From Candidatus Latescibacterota bacterium (lineage in GTDB: Bacteria; Latescibacterota; UBA2968): a stretch of 52,868 nt of DNA. Below are positions 1 to 9,045 of the stretch, piece after piece (positions within the stretch are counted from its first letter, which is position 1; the number at the start of each line of letters is the position of its first letter). The stretch is taken from assembly GCA_022822565.1 (NCBI GenBank), contig JAJEAX010000047.1, positions 1 through 52,868 on the forward strand, given 5' to 3'. A program made the position numbers and the translations under genes. The notes below the pieces were generated by a model. It did no database searches. It was not told the DNA's origin and saw only the letters and a program-made list of their open reading frames with translations.

Positions 1-1
1 A

Positions 2-124
2 TTGTTTTTATCACTGGCACTGGACAAAACCATGCCGGGCCCCAAAGCACTGCGCGTGGTGGTCGAAGATTTGCAAACTTTGGAACGCGCGATTTCAACG
101 ACGCAGTTTCGCGTGATGTGGTAG
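2..124 (+). CDS. 3' end of an upstream gene (partial, product unknown)
   Basis: Frame 2 is open from the window edge and ends at TAG 122-124 (..LDKTMPGPKALRVVVEDLQTLERAISTTQFRVMW*). No motif was recognised. Frame 1 is also open here, so the assignment is uncertain. Confidence 0.25.
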   Translation: MFLSLALDKTMPGPKALRVVVEDLQTLERAISTTQFRVMW

Positions 125-159
125 CCTCACCGCTAAAAGCTAAAACAAGGAGACGCAAT

Positions 160-1122
160 ATGGGCAAAGTTGCTGGTATTTGGTTCGCGTTAGTCGTTTC
201 TGTTGGCGCGGCGGAAAAGCCGCAGGCGTTGCGCGTCTGGGCAGAGGACCGTTGGGCTGTGGTGACAGTGGGCGAAGTGACCGGAACTGTTGTGATTGTC
301 AGCCCAGCCGTCGGGCGAGAAATTGATTTTGATGAGGGCAATCAATTGGGCGTTTTTCAGGGTGTGACAGAATACACAAAGCACCACAACATGCCCACGC
401 TGACACAGCCGATAGCGGGATTTCAGTCTGCTGTATTTCTCAAATTGGCAGATGATCAATACGGCATCTGTGTTGCTTTTCGCGACGAGGTCGGCACGCG
501 CTATCGGTTGCTACACATCCGAGATGCGGAGGAATTGAGTCGCATTCGAGATTATATCCACCGGATGGCCGTTGTGCATGACGCGCCAAATTATCCATTG
601 GTGACAGATGAAAAAGTGACTTATGAAGTAATATCGCCTGTTTACCGCGCCCATGAGCGGTTACAAGTGAAAATGGCACTGGCAGATGGCGAGCAAATAA
701 AAGGTGAACTCTTGCCAATGATGGAATATGGGCAAATGCTCATCAACACGCCCCTGGGATTTCGACGGATCAAAATAGATGCAATTGACCAGATTCGCAT
801 TGCATCGCGCGGAGGCAAAAGGGTCGTAACCAGGACAGTCAGGAACGGTCTGAAGTACGGCATTTTGGGGGGGCTTACGGGATTACTCGCGGGTTGGTCT
901 TTTGAAGGCTTATCGGCCAAAGATGACATGATTTTTGGCGCTCTATTGGGCGGAACGGTTGGCGCTTCAGTCGGATTTTTAGATGGATTGCTGTCAATTG
1001 AACATGCACGAACATTTCGATTTGAACGCGGTGTAGCGAATAAAAAACCGAAGATCCGACTTTTGCTGCAGCAATTAAAGACACCCAAACCGATCTTTTT
1101 TTTATTTTCTTTCTCCATCTGA
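160..1122 (+). CDS. hypothetical exported/membrane protein with a C-terminal glycine-zipper segment
   Basis: ATG at 160 lies 7 nt after AAGGAG. The N-terminus has a hydrophobic stretch, GIWFALVVSVGAA. The C-terminus has GILGGLTGLLAGW..GALLGGTVGASVGF. No family was recognised. Confidence 0.6.
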   Translation: MGKVAGIWFALVVSVGAAEKPQALRVWAEDRWAVVTVGEVTGTVVIVSPAVGREIDFDEGNQLGVFQGVTEYTKHHNMPTLTQPIAGFQSAVFLKLADDQYGICVAFRDEVGTRYRLLHIRDAEELSRIRDYIHRMAVVHDAPNYPLVTDEKVTYEVISPVYRAHERLQVKMALADGEQIKGELLPMMEYGQMLINTPLGFRRIKIDAIDQIRIASRGGKRVVTRTVRNGLKYGILGGLTGLLAGWSFEGLSAKDDMIFGALLGGTVGASVGFLDGLLSIEHARTFRFERGVANKKPKIRLLLQQLKTPKPIFFLFSFSI

Positions 1123-1221
1123 TCGTAACCCAATCTTCACTCGCGCTTAATACGGAAGAAACAATGATACGTTATTTTTGTGTGTCATTATTCTGTGTCT
1201 CGTTCAGCAAGGAGTTGGATT

Positions 1222-2070
1222 ATGGTCAACGCTTCACCCAAACAATCAGATACCAGCCTCGAATACTATCTCAAAGAACTCTCCCACTCTCACCCTATCT
1301 CAGCAGAAGAAGAATTTGACCTCGTCGTCAAAATGAAGCGCGGTGACCTCAAAGCGCGCAATCGCCTGATCAAAGCCAATCTGCGTTTTGTGGTCAACGT
1401 GGCTCTGAAATACCGCAATCAAGGCGTGGCTCTGGCCGATTTGATCAGTGCTGGCAATGTGGGACTCATCACAGCTACCGAACGCTTTGACGAAACGCGC
1501 GGTTTCAAATTTATCTCTTATGCCGTCTGGTGGATTCGCCAGTCTATTTTACAAACACTCGCCGAACAGGGGCGTATGATTCGTTTGCCCATCAACCGAC
1601 TGGATCTGCTGCGTCGAATCAAAAACTTTAGCGATCAGTATCAACACAATAAAGGCCACATGCCCACAGAAAAAGAAATCGCCAATGAATTTCACATCAC
1701 CGAAGACCAGGTCAGTGATACACTGTCTCACAGTCCAATCGTATTTTCTCTGGACAAACCGATTCAGGACGAAGATATAACCCTCATCGATTTGATGCAC
1801 GACGAAGACCAGGAACTACCAGATGCTGCAATGTTTCACAATGCCCTGCGAGATGAAGTCAACGACCTGCTCCATACCCTGGATAATCGCGAAGCCGATG
1901 TCATTCGTCTATATTTCGGTCTCGAAGGCTCCAGTTGGACACTTCAGGCCATAGCCAACAAATATAGCCTCACGCGCGAGCGCGTACGCCAAATTAAAGA
2001 AAAAGCCCTGCGCAAATTGCGTCACCCCTCTCGAGGCCGCAAACTTATCGCGTATGCCGAAGCCGGCTAA
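1222..2070 (+). CDS. RNA polymerase sigma-70 family factor, short Bacteroidota sigma-A-like type (no region 1.1)
   Basis: ATG at 1222 follows AAGGAG. Region 2 reads ANLRFVVNVALKYRNQG..GNVGLITATERFDETRGFKFISYAVWWIRQSILQ, and region 4 reads LTRERVRQIKEKALRKLR. The FKFISYAVWWIRQSI block is as I remember it from Bacteroidota RpoD. Confidence 0.85.
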   Translation: MVNASPKQSDTSLEYYLKELSHSHPISAEEEFDLVVKMKRGDLKARNRLIKANLRFVVNVALKYRNQGVALADLISAGNVGLITATERFDETRGFKFISYAVWWIRQSILQTLAEQGRMIRLPINRLDLLRRIKNFSDQYQHNKGHMPTEKEIANEFHITEDQVSDTLSHSPIVFSLDKPIQDEDITLIDLMHDEDQELPDAAMFHNALRDEVNDLLHTLDNREADVIRLYFGLEGSSWTLQAIANKYSLTRERVRQIKEKALRKLRHPSRGRKLIAYAEAG

Positions 2071-2091
2071 CGCATTATCTGATAAAAAATG

Positions 2092-2130
2092 AAAAGCCTC
2101 TGAAGACACGCGCTTCAGAGGCTTTTTTTA
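2092..2130 (+). terminator. rho-independent terminator after the sigma factor gene
   Basis: AAAAGCCTCTGAAG-acacgcg-CTTCAGAGGCTTTT followed by a T-run. Confidence 0.85.
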
Positions 2131-2162
2131 TTTATCACCAAAACTTGATTTGTCTGAGGTTA

Positions 2163-2184
2163 TTATGTACATTGCTGTACATAA
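2163..2184. promoter_or_regulatory. perfect 9-bp inverted repeat, probable autoregulatory operator of the toxin-antitoxin operon
   Basis: TTATGTACA-ttgc-TGTACATAA sits directly upstream of the AAGGAGG RBS of the antitoxin gene. Confidence 0.6.
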
Positions 2185-2200
2185 TTGTAAAGGAGGACAA

Positions 2201-2434
2201 ATGAAAACTGTGACTTTCACTGAATTTCGTCAGCATGCGGCGGCGTGTTTAAATGCCGTTGAACAGGGCGAGACGTTTCGTATCTTGCGGCACGGCAAGC
2301 CCGTCGCTGATCTAACGCCAATAAAAACAAGCAACTCCGTGCCTTCCTGGAAACGGTGTATTGAACCAATCACGCTAAAAGGTATTTCTGTTTCGGATAT
2401 GATAATGAAAGAAAGAGATGAGTACGGACGATGA
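2201..2434 (+). CDS. Phd/YefM-type antitoxin
   Basis: MKTVTFTEFRQHAAACLNAVEQGETFRILRHGKPVADLTP is a typical Phd/YefM N-terminus. The ATG follows AAGGAGG. Its stop overlaps the next start (ATGA). Confidence 0.8.
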   Translation: MKTVTFTEFRQHAAACLNAVEQGETFRILRHGKPVADLTPIKTSNSVPSWKRCIEPITLKGISVSDMIMKERDEYGR

Positions 2435-2853
2435 ATGCTTTTTTTGATTCTTCTGCCCTTGTCAAAAGATATGTTGAAGAAGATGGACGAGAAAGAGTCA
2501 TCAATATCTTTGAAGAGGCAAGTGCTATAGGGGTAAGTGTTATCTGTTTTCCCGAGGTTATTTCGGCATTTTGCAGATTACAGCGAGAAGGGAATTTGGA
2601 CAAACCTCAGTATGAGCGAATTAAAGGCGATATGATTGCCGATTTTGAAGACTTCTTTATTTCTTCGATTACCCCACAAGTAAGAGGGTGTGTTACACGT
2701 CTTTTAGAGACATATTCTTTGCGTGCTATGGATGCACTGCACCTCGGAAGTGCTATTGAATGGCAAGCTGATACCTTTGTTTCGGGAGATAAACGTCAGA
2801 TTATTGCAGCTCAAAATGAAGGATTAGATGTACTGGATGTCCAAGATGAATGA
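2431..2853 (+). CDS. vapC: PIN-domain ribonuclease toxin (VapC family)
   Basis: MNAFFDSSALVKRYVEE.. carries the first acidic PIN residue. ..SLRAMDALHLGSAI.. and ..FVSGDKRQ.. are conserved PIN blocks. The gene is translationally coupled to the antitoxin. Confidence 0.85.
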   Translation: MNAFFDSSALVKRYVEEDGRERVINIFEEASAIGVSVICFPEVISAFCRLQREGNLDKPQYERIKGDMIADFEDFFISSITPQVRGCVTRLLETYSLRAMDALHLGSAIEWQADTFVSGDKRQIIAAQNEGLDVLDVQDE

Positions 2854-2934
2854 GGTTTTTTCCCTACTCTTTTGACTTTGCTTTATTTTTCTTTTTTCAC
2901 GTCACTTTTACCGAAACCCAACAGGAGGCAAGCG

Positions 2935-3504
2935 ATGGACGTTTTGGAAGCCATTCACACGCGGCGCACAATTTTTAAGTTCAAACCGGGCGGTGTGCCC
3001 AAAGATGTGATTGAAAAAATTTATGAAGCCGGTCTATGGGCACCCAATCACCATTTGACAGAACCGTGGCGATTTGTCGTCTTAGGAGAAGATACCAAAG
3101 AAATACTGGCGCAACGCTACAGCGAAATTCAGGAGGAAAAAGCCGCTGAAGGTGCCAGCGACGAGGCCAGGCGAATATTAAAAGAAGCCGGTTATGCCAA
3201 GTTCATGTCAAAGCCCACAATTATTGCGGTGGCGTGTTTGCAAGATGGCGATGAAATCAAGAACAGAGAAGATTATGCAGCCGCGTGTTGCGCCATGCAA
3301 AATGTACAGTTAGCAGCCTGGGCAGAAGGGGTTGGCATGCAGTGGAGCACAGGGCCGATTACACTGGAAGAAAACACCTACAAATTGTTGGGTGTAGATA
3401 CCGGCAGCGAATACATCATCGGATTTTTCTATACCGGGTATCCCGATGAAATTCCAGAACCGAGGCGGAAACCCCTCGAAGAAGTGCTGAGCTGGACGGA
3501 TTGA
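2935..3504 (+). CDS. nitroreductase family protein
   Basis: MDVLEAIHTRRTIFKFKP..GLWAPNHHLTEPWRFVV is the nitroreductase signature. ATG at 2935 follows AGGAGG. Confidence 0.85.
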   Translation: MDVLEAIHTRRTIFKFKPGGVPKDVIEKIYEAGLWAPNHHLTEPWRFVVLGEDTKEILAQRYSEIQEEKAAEGASDEARRILKEAGYAKFMSKPTIIAVACLQDGDEIKNREDYAAACCAMQNVQLAAWAEGVGMQWSTGPITLEENTYKLLGVDTGSEYIIGFFYTGYPDEIPEPRRKPLEEVLSWTD

Positions 3505-3515
3505 CTCCGCTAACC

Positions 3516-4301
3516 ATGAATGGTTTTGAATTTTTCGTCCTCTATCGCCTGCCCTATCTCGCAGTCCCTTTCTATCTCATCATGTTGAGCGTGCGGATAT
3601 GGGTATGGATGCGGTTTTACAACCCCGCGCTCAAGCTATTGCCACGAGCCAGAGGATCTGTGTATGGCGTATGGAAGCGGCAATACCGGCCAACCATTCA
3701 CATTTTTCCCGGATCGCGCTCACAAAGGACAGAATGGAAGCGCGCGATAAAGGGCTTTGTTTTTTTTACTGGTCTCTACAAGCGTGACAAAGTGCTGTGG
3801 ATGGGTTCCTGGTCGCTTCATTTGGGACTGTTGCTGGTAATTGTTGCCCATGCCCGCGTGATTTTGCCGCTTAATCTGGATCTGATCTGTTTGCGCATCG
3901 CATTGATCGGCAGTGGACTGATGACCGTGTCGGGCACTTATTTGTTGCTGCGTCGCATAATCATTCAGCGCGTGCGGGAAATTACGGACTTTCGGGACTA
4001 TCTGGCGGAATTCATCCTCCTGTCTTTTTCTTTAACAGCATTTCTCGTGATGTTAGACGGTGGCGTGTCATCCGAAGCCCTGCGCCACTATGTATCTGGG
4101 CTGTTGATGAACACAGTGGAAGTTATTGAAGTGCCAGACATGTTTGTCTGGCACATGCTCGCCGCCCAGCTATTGTTGATTGTGATCCCATTTTCTCATC
4201 TGTTGCATCTGGGCGGAATTTTTTTCAGTCGCGAATTTCTGGGCACGTCCGATACATTTGCTGGAGAGTTTGGATCGGGATTAAAAGATAGACGGAATTA
4301 A
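3516..4301 (+). CDS. NarI/DsrM/HdrE-like di-haem b membrane subunit (nitrate reductase gamma-like family)
   Basis: About 5-6 hydrophobic helices with conserved His positions (WSLHLGLLLVIVAHARV; FSHLLHLGGIFF). It lies immediately upstream of a CCG-domain Fe-S protein. The start could instead be TTG 3501, which overlaps the nitroreductase stop. Confidence 0.7.
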   Translation: MNGFEFFVLYRLPYLAVPFYLIMLSVRIWVWMRFYNPALKLLPRARGSVYGVWKRQYRPTIHIFPGSRSQRTEWKRAIKGFVFFTGLYKRDKVLWMGSWSLHLGLLLVIVAHARVILPLNLDLICLRIALIGSGLMTVSGTYLLLRRIIIQRVREITDFRDYLAEFILLSFSLTAFLVMLDGGVSSEALRHYVSGLLMNTVEVIEVPDMFVWHMLAAQLLLIVIPFSHLLHLGGIFFSREFLGTSDTFAGEFGSGLKDRRN

Positions 4302-4305
4302 ACGA

Positions 4306-5640
4306 ATGGAACGAGAAAAAAAATATATTCCACCAGGTCTGGCGGGCACGTATATGCGGCGCATTGCCGAATCGGATCCGTTTGTCCGCGAGATTCAGGA
4401 TGAACCATCTGCATTGCGCCTGTACATGGATACGTGTACCAAATGCGGGGTGTGCGCGCAGGAATGCCCGGTGTATTACGGGCAGCCCGATAAGCGTATG
4501 CATCCGGTGGAACGCTCCCGGCAAGTGATTCGTTTATACAAAAAGTACACGACATTTTGGGGGCGATTTTGGAATGCCATTTTTCCAAAGCCCGATTTTG
4601 AAAATAACGATGCCGAGTTATTTGCCGAGCGCATGTATGAGTGTTTGACATGCCGGCGATGTGCGGCATTTTGTCCTGTGGGAATCGATCATTCGGTGAT
4701 CTCGCGCGTTGGACGTTCGCTTGTCGATTTAATGGGTTTGACGCCGCCATCCCTGGCGCAGGGTACGCACAATTCATTTGAAACAGGCAATTTGGAAGGC
4801 GCGTCAGTTGAGGCATTTTTGGATGCGATTCAATTTATCGAAGAAGAACTCAAAGAAGAAACGGGACGAGATATTGCCATTCCCTTAGACCGCGAAGGCG
4901 CGGAAATTTTCTTTTTGCCACCTTCGGGCGATGTGCTGGTTTATGCTGAAAACTTAATGGGTATGGCAAAAATTTTTCACGCCATCGGTGCCGATTGGAC
5001 GATGAGCTCGCGGGCTTATGACGGATCGAATTTCGGATTTACGACCGGCAATAACTTTTCGATGAAGTACGAGAACAAGCACTACATTGACGCATGCGAA
5101 AAATTGGGATGTAAACTCATGGTGATGGGCGAATGCGGACATGCGTATCGGGTAATGAAGTTCATGGCCAGCGAAGGGCAGTGGTGGGGCACATTGCCTT
5201 TTGAGATTACCAGTGGGTTTGAATATACGGCACAACTTATTCGCACGGGCAAACTAAAATTGGACCCGGGCAAAAATCCAGATGTCGTGACCTATCACGA
5301 CGCTTGCCAATTTGCTGCCGGCTGTGGGATTGTTGAGGAACCCAGAGAGATTTTGAAAGCAACCTGCGCCGATTATCGCGAAATGCCCGATGGCGGGTAC
5401 ACACAGTGGTGTTGTGGTGGCGGCGGCGGATTATCGGCACTGCGCTCGGTGCGCGCGTTTCGGATGGAAATCTCGGGTAAAAAGAAAGCAGAGCAAATGC
5501 GCGAGACCGATGCGAAGATCGTATCAACTTCGTGTTTGCAGTGCCGCACACAATTAAAAGAAATCGCGCGCCATCACAAAATGCCCTTGCAAATTACAGG
5601 TGTACACGAGTTGGTAAACAATGCGATTGTACTGGAATAG
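4306..5640 (+). CDS. HdrD/DsrK-like Fe-S oxidoreductase with CCG domains
   Basis: Two ferredoxin-type motifs are present (CTKCGVCAQECP; CLTCRRCAAFCP), plus Cys-rich CCG-type segments (ECGHAYR, YHDACQFAAGCG, WCCGGGGG, STSCLQC). Confidence 0.8.
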   Translation: MEREKKYIPPGLAGTYMRRIAESDPFVREIQDEPSALRLYMDTCTKCGVCAQECPVYYGQPDKRMHPVERSRQVIRLYKKYTTFWGRFWNAIFPKPDFENNDAELFAERMYECLTCRRCAAFCPVGIDHSVISRVGRSLVDLMGLTPPSLAQGTHNSFETGNLEGASVEAFLDAIQFIEEELKEETGRDIAIPLDREGAEIFFLPPSGDVLVYAENLMGMAKIFHAIGADWTMSSRAYDGSNFGFTTGNNFSMKYENKHYIDACEKLGCKLMVMGECGHAYRVMKFMASEGQWWGTLPFEITSGFEYTAQLIRTGKLKLDPGKNPDVVTYHDACQFAAGCGIVEEPREILKATCADYREMPDGGYTQWCCGGGGGLSALRSVRAFRMEISGKKKAEQMRETDAKIVSTSCLQCRTQLKEIARHHKMPLQITGVHELVNNAIVLE

Positions 5641-5650
5641 CCAATAGCTC

Positions 5651-6844
5651 ATGTCTGATTTAATTTACATGGACAACGCGGCGACGACGTTTCCAAAACC
5701 TCCCAATGTGCTGGAAGACGCGCTGGCATTTTATCGAAAATACGGGGTAAATCCCGGACGTAGTGGCACGGACCTCGCGCGAGAGGCCGAGGCGATGGTT
5801 GCCGAAGCGCGTGCATCGCTCGCGGCGTTTTTTGGAGCTACGGACAATCCCGACCGGCTTGTGTTTACACACAATGCCTCGGATGCGTTGAATATTGCGA
5901 TTCAGGGTACATTAAAATCCGGCGATCACGTCATTACAACGCTTCTGGATCACAATTCGGTTTTGCGCCCGATTTATCACCTCTCAAAATACGAGGGAAT
6001 TGAAGCTACTTATGTAGGCTTTGGGGCAGATGGTTTTATAGACCCCGAGGATATTGATAGGGCGATCCGACCAAATACAAAACTCGTGGTGATGACCCAT
6101 GCATCCAATGTACTCGGCACAGTGCAGCCCGTAGCAGCAGTTGGCTCAGTCTGCCGCGCACGCGGTATCATTTTCTGCGTTGATGTGGCGCAAACAGCGG
6201 GCATGTTGCCCATCGATATGGAGGCGATGCAGGCCGATATTCTGTGTTTTACCGGACACAAGTCACTCATGGGACCAACGGGTACTGGTGGGATGTACGT
6301 GCGCGAAGGGGTGACAATTGCACCGTTGCGATACGGTGGGACGGGCGTGCGGTCGGAGTATCCCGATCACCTGAGCGAGTATCCCTGGCGATTGGAGTGT
6401 GGCACGGGCAATCTGATGGGCATTGCAGGCCTGCTGTACGCGCAGAAATGGATGCAACGCGAAGGCGTGGAAAATATTCATGCACGCGAGATGGCTTTAT
6501 TCAAACAACTGGTCAATGGCCTGCGCGAAGTCGATGGCACCATTTTGTATTGCGCTGAAAATCACGATCAACACGTACCTGTACTATCGGTCAATATCGA
6601 AGGGATGACGGCGAATAACGTGGGTACATTGCTGGATGTAAAGTTCAATGTAGCAACACGCACGGGACTGCAATGCGCGCCAAAGGTACATGAAACCCTG
6701 GGTACGAAAGCCATAAAGGGTACGGTACGTATTTCACTGGGACCCTTCAATACCGAAGCGCAAATTGAGACTGTGATCGAGGGATTGAGCGATATTTCCA
6801 AACGGCACGGGCGAATAAAAGGTCAGGTGCGGAATGGCGTATGA
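5651..6844 (+). CDS. class V aminotransferase-fold cysteine desulfurase
   Basis: MDNAATTFPKP; PLP-lysine motif FTGHKSLMGPTGTGG; catalytic Cys loop ATRTGLQCAP. Confidence 0.85.
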   Translation: MSDLIYMDNAATTFPKPPNVLEDALAFYRKYGVNPGRSGTDLAREAEAMVAEARASLAAFFGATDNPDRLVFTHNASDALNIAIQGTLKSGDHVITTLLDHNSVLRPIYHLSKYEGIEATYVGFGADGFIDPEDIDRAIRPNTKLVVMTHASNVLGTVQPVAAVGSVCRARGIIFCVDVAQTAGMLPIDMEAMQADILCFTGHKSLMGPTGTGGMYVREGVTIAPLRYGGTGVRSEYPDHLSEYPWRLECGTGNLMGIAGLLYAQKWMQREGVENIHAREMALFKQLVNGLREVDGTILYCAENHDQHVPVLSVNIEGMTANNVGTLLDVKFNVATRTGLQCAPKVHETLGTKAIKGTVRISLGPFNTEAQIETVIEGLSDISKRHGRIKGQVRNGV

Positions 6845-7157
6845 AATTGTGACGCTGGGTGGCAAAGAAATTGAGGTGGATGAAGATGGATTTATCCAGC
6901 AACCCGCGCTCTGGGACGAAGACGTGGCACGCGATCTGGCCCAACAAGATGGCATTGAAGAGATGACCGCAGATCACTGGCAGGTGGTATATTACATCCG
7001 CAATTACTGGTTGAAATTTGAAATTGCCCCTTTGATCCGCCGCTTGTGCAAAGAGACAGAGAAAGATATCGATACAATTTACGATCTGTTTTCTGCAGGT
7101 CCCGCAGATGGCGCGTGTAAAATCGCGGGATTGCCAACGCCTACGGGGTGTACGTGA
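6834..7157 (+). CDS. dsrC: DsrC-type sulfur relay protein (DsrC/TusE family, both C-terminal Cys present)
   Basis: HWQVVYYIRNYW..IAPLIRRLCK.. is followed by the C-terminal arm GPADGACKIAGLPTPTGCT. This has Cys at both the -2 and the -12 positions, whereas TusE lacks the inner Cys. The gene overlaps the desulfurase gene by 11 nt. Confidence 0.9.
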   Translation: MAYEIVTLGGKEIEVDEDGFIQQPALWDEDVARDLAQQDGIEEMTADHWQVVYYIRNYWLKFEIAPLIRRLCKETEKDIDTIYDLFSAGPADGACKIAGLPTPTGCT

Positions 7158-7158
7158 C

Positions 7159-8058
7159 CTATTGTCCCGTACGCGCCTGGATATTCGACATATCTTCAAC
7201 AACCGTGAGCAAACCCGAGTGGTCAAGCTCTCCGCGGTCTTTGACCATTGCGGTCTTGAAAAGCTCAAAAACCTCGCTGGTAACGGGCAAAGGCACGCCG
7301 AAATCATTGCTCGTTTTCTGGATGATATTGAGGTCTTTGTAGTGCAGGCGAATGCGAAAACCGGGATCAAAATCGCCGTTGACCATGCGCTCGCCCCTGT
7401 TTTCAAGCACGCCACAACGCGCGAGGCCCCCGCTGAGCACCTGAACGATTTTGATTGGATCAACGCCTGCTTTGGTGCCCATTGTGAGGGCTTCGGATAC
7501 GCCAGCAATAGTGACGGCAACGAGAATTTGGTTGCACGCTTTCACGGTTTGTCCCGCACCGAGAGGTCCACACAAAATCGCACTTTGGCCCATAATGTCA
7601 AAGAGCGGTTTGACCGCGTTGAACGTATCTTCATCGCCGCCAACCATAATGGAAAGGGTGGCGTTTTGAGCGCCGATATCGCCGCCGCTGACGGGAGCAT
7701 CGAGACTTTGAACGCCTTTTTCCGCGAGCACCTCCCCCACCTGTGTGGTGACACTGGGCGCAATCGTACTCATATCGACAAAAATCAGGCCATCGTGCGC
7801 GCCTTCAATAATGCCGCCCTCGCCCAAAGCGACCTCCTCAACATCGGGTGAATCGGGCAACATGGTGATAACAATATCGCTTTGTTCAGCCACCTCTTTG
7901 CCAGAATGCGCTTCTGCCGCTCCTCTTCCGACGAGTTCATCAACTGCATCTCGATTGCGGTTGTGTACTGCAAGTTCATATCCAGCATCTATTAAATGAC
8001 CGGCCATCGGTTTGCCCATGATTCCGAGACCGATAAATCCAATTTTTGGTTTCGACAT
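7159..8058 (-). CDS. NAD(P)-dependent 3-hydroxyisobutyrate / 2-hydroxy-3-oxopropionate reductase family dehydrogenase
   Basis: MSKPKIGFIGLGIMGKPMAGHL is a Rossmann motif. DAPVSGG and KACNQ are family blocks. ATG at 8058 follows AAGGAG. Confidence 0.85.
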   Translation of the reverse strand: MSKPKIGFIGLGIMGKPMAGHLIDAGYELAVHNRNRDAVDELVGRGAAEAHSGKEVAEQSDIVITMLPDSPDVEEVALGEGGIIEGAHDGLIFVDMSTIAPSVTTQVGEVLAEKGVQSLDAPVSGGDIGAQNATLSIMVGGDEDTFNAVKPLFDIMGQSAILCGPLGAGQTVKACNQILVAVTIAGVSEALTMGTKAGVDPIKIVQVLSGGLARCGVLENRGERMVNGDFDPGFRIRLHYKDLNIIQKTSNDFGVPLPVTSEVFELFKTAMVKDRGELDHSGLLTVVEDMSNIQARTGQ

Positions 8059-8107
8059 GTAGTGAACTCCTTTCAACGAAAAATATAATTTGTCAAAACG
8101 ATAATTT

Positions 8108-9031
8108 CTACAACTTCCTTAACTCTGCAAGCGAGGGAAAGGCATGGCGATCCCACACCCGCACGATCACCCCATCCACGATATAAGCCAGTCGCGGATA
8201 GCCATGCCCCCGGGTCAACCGCTTGAAATCGGCAATAGAAATGGTGGCGATGGCAAAGCGCGGTTGGAACTGAATTTTGAACTGCATGGTATCGGGATGG
8301 TCTTTGGGGAACTGGCTCAAAGCAATCAATTTGGGCACCTCTGGATCGGCAGCCCATGCATTGAGCTTGGGCACGGCGACCTGGCAATAGTGGCAACCTG
8401 GACTGAACAACTCGATTAGATAAGCTCCCCGCGTCAAATCGACATCCGCATCCAGCAGAGAGACACCTTTCAGATAATCACCCACCTGCAGGTCTGACTC
8501 GACGATGCGATCGCGCTCGGGCAAATATCGAAACCCCAGCACCGTTAGGGAAACCAATCCACCGACCAGAACCACCCATCTTCCCCATGCCCACAGTGAC
8601 ACAGACCGCCGGCGCAGACCCCACCAGGAAAAGACCAGCAACCCCAGCATAAGAAAATTTTCCACCATCGCCTCAACCGGCGAGCGTTCGATCAGCGTGC
8701 CAAAACACCCGCAACTCTCCCCCATCCCCCGTTTCCATGCCTGAGCGGTAATCACAAGAAAAAAAACCATCATTACCGCACCGATGGGCAAAAAGAGACG
8801 CGGCTTCCAATCGACCAAAAGCGCGATACCCACCAAACATTCCAGCGGGCCGAGCAACAGTGCGAACCTGGCGACCGTTTCCACTGTCTCGCGTTCAACA
8901 AAAATCTGGACGGGCACCACAGCCTCCCAAAAAAAGAGCACGGGATCCCATATCTTAGTCAGACCAGCCACCAGAAAAACCACCCCCATAATCCGCTGGC
9001 TTACCCACAGGCTCTTTTCTAATCCACTCAT
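8108..9031 (-). CDS. DoxX/MauE-type membrane domain fused to a thioredoxin-like CxxC domain
   Basis: The N-terminal half has 4-5 TM helices with FLVAGLTKIWDP and a CGCFG motif. The C-terminal domain carries LFSPGCHYCQ (CxxC). Confidence 0.7.
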   Translation of the reverse strand: MSGLEKSLWVSQRIMGVVFLVAGLTKIWDPVLFFWEAVVPVQIFVERETVETVARFALLLGPLECLVGIALLVDWKPRLFLPIGAVMMVFFLVITAQAWKRGMGESCGCFGTLIERSPVEAMVENFLMLGLLVFSWWGLRRRSVSLWAWGRWVVLVGGLVSLTVLGFRYLPERDRIVESDLQVGDYLKGVSLLDADVDLTRGAYLIELFSPGCHYCQVAVPKLNAWAADPEVPKLIALSQFPKDHPDTMQFKIQFQPRFAIATISIADFKRLTRGHGYPRLAYIVDGVIVRVWDRHAFPSLAELRKL

Positions 9032-9045
9032 AGATGTTTCCTCTT

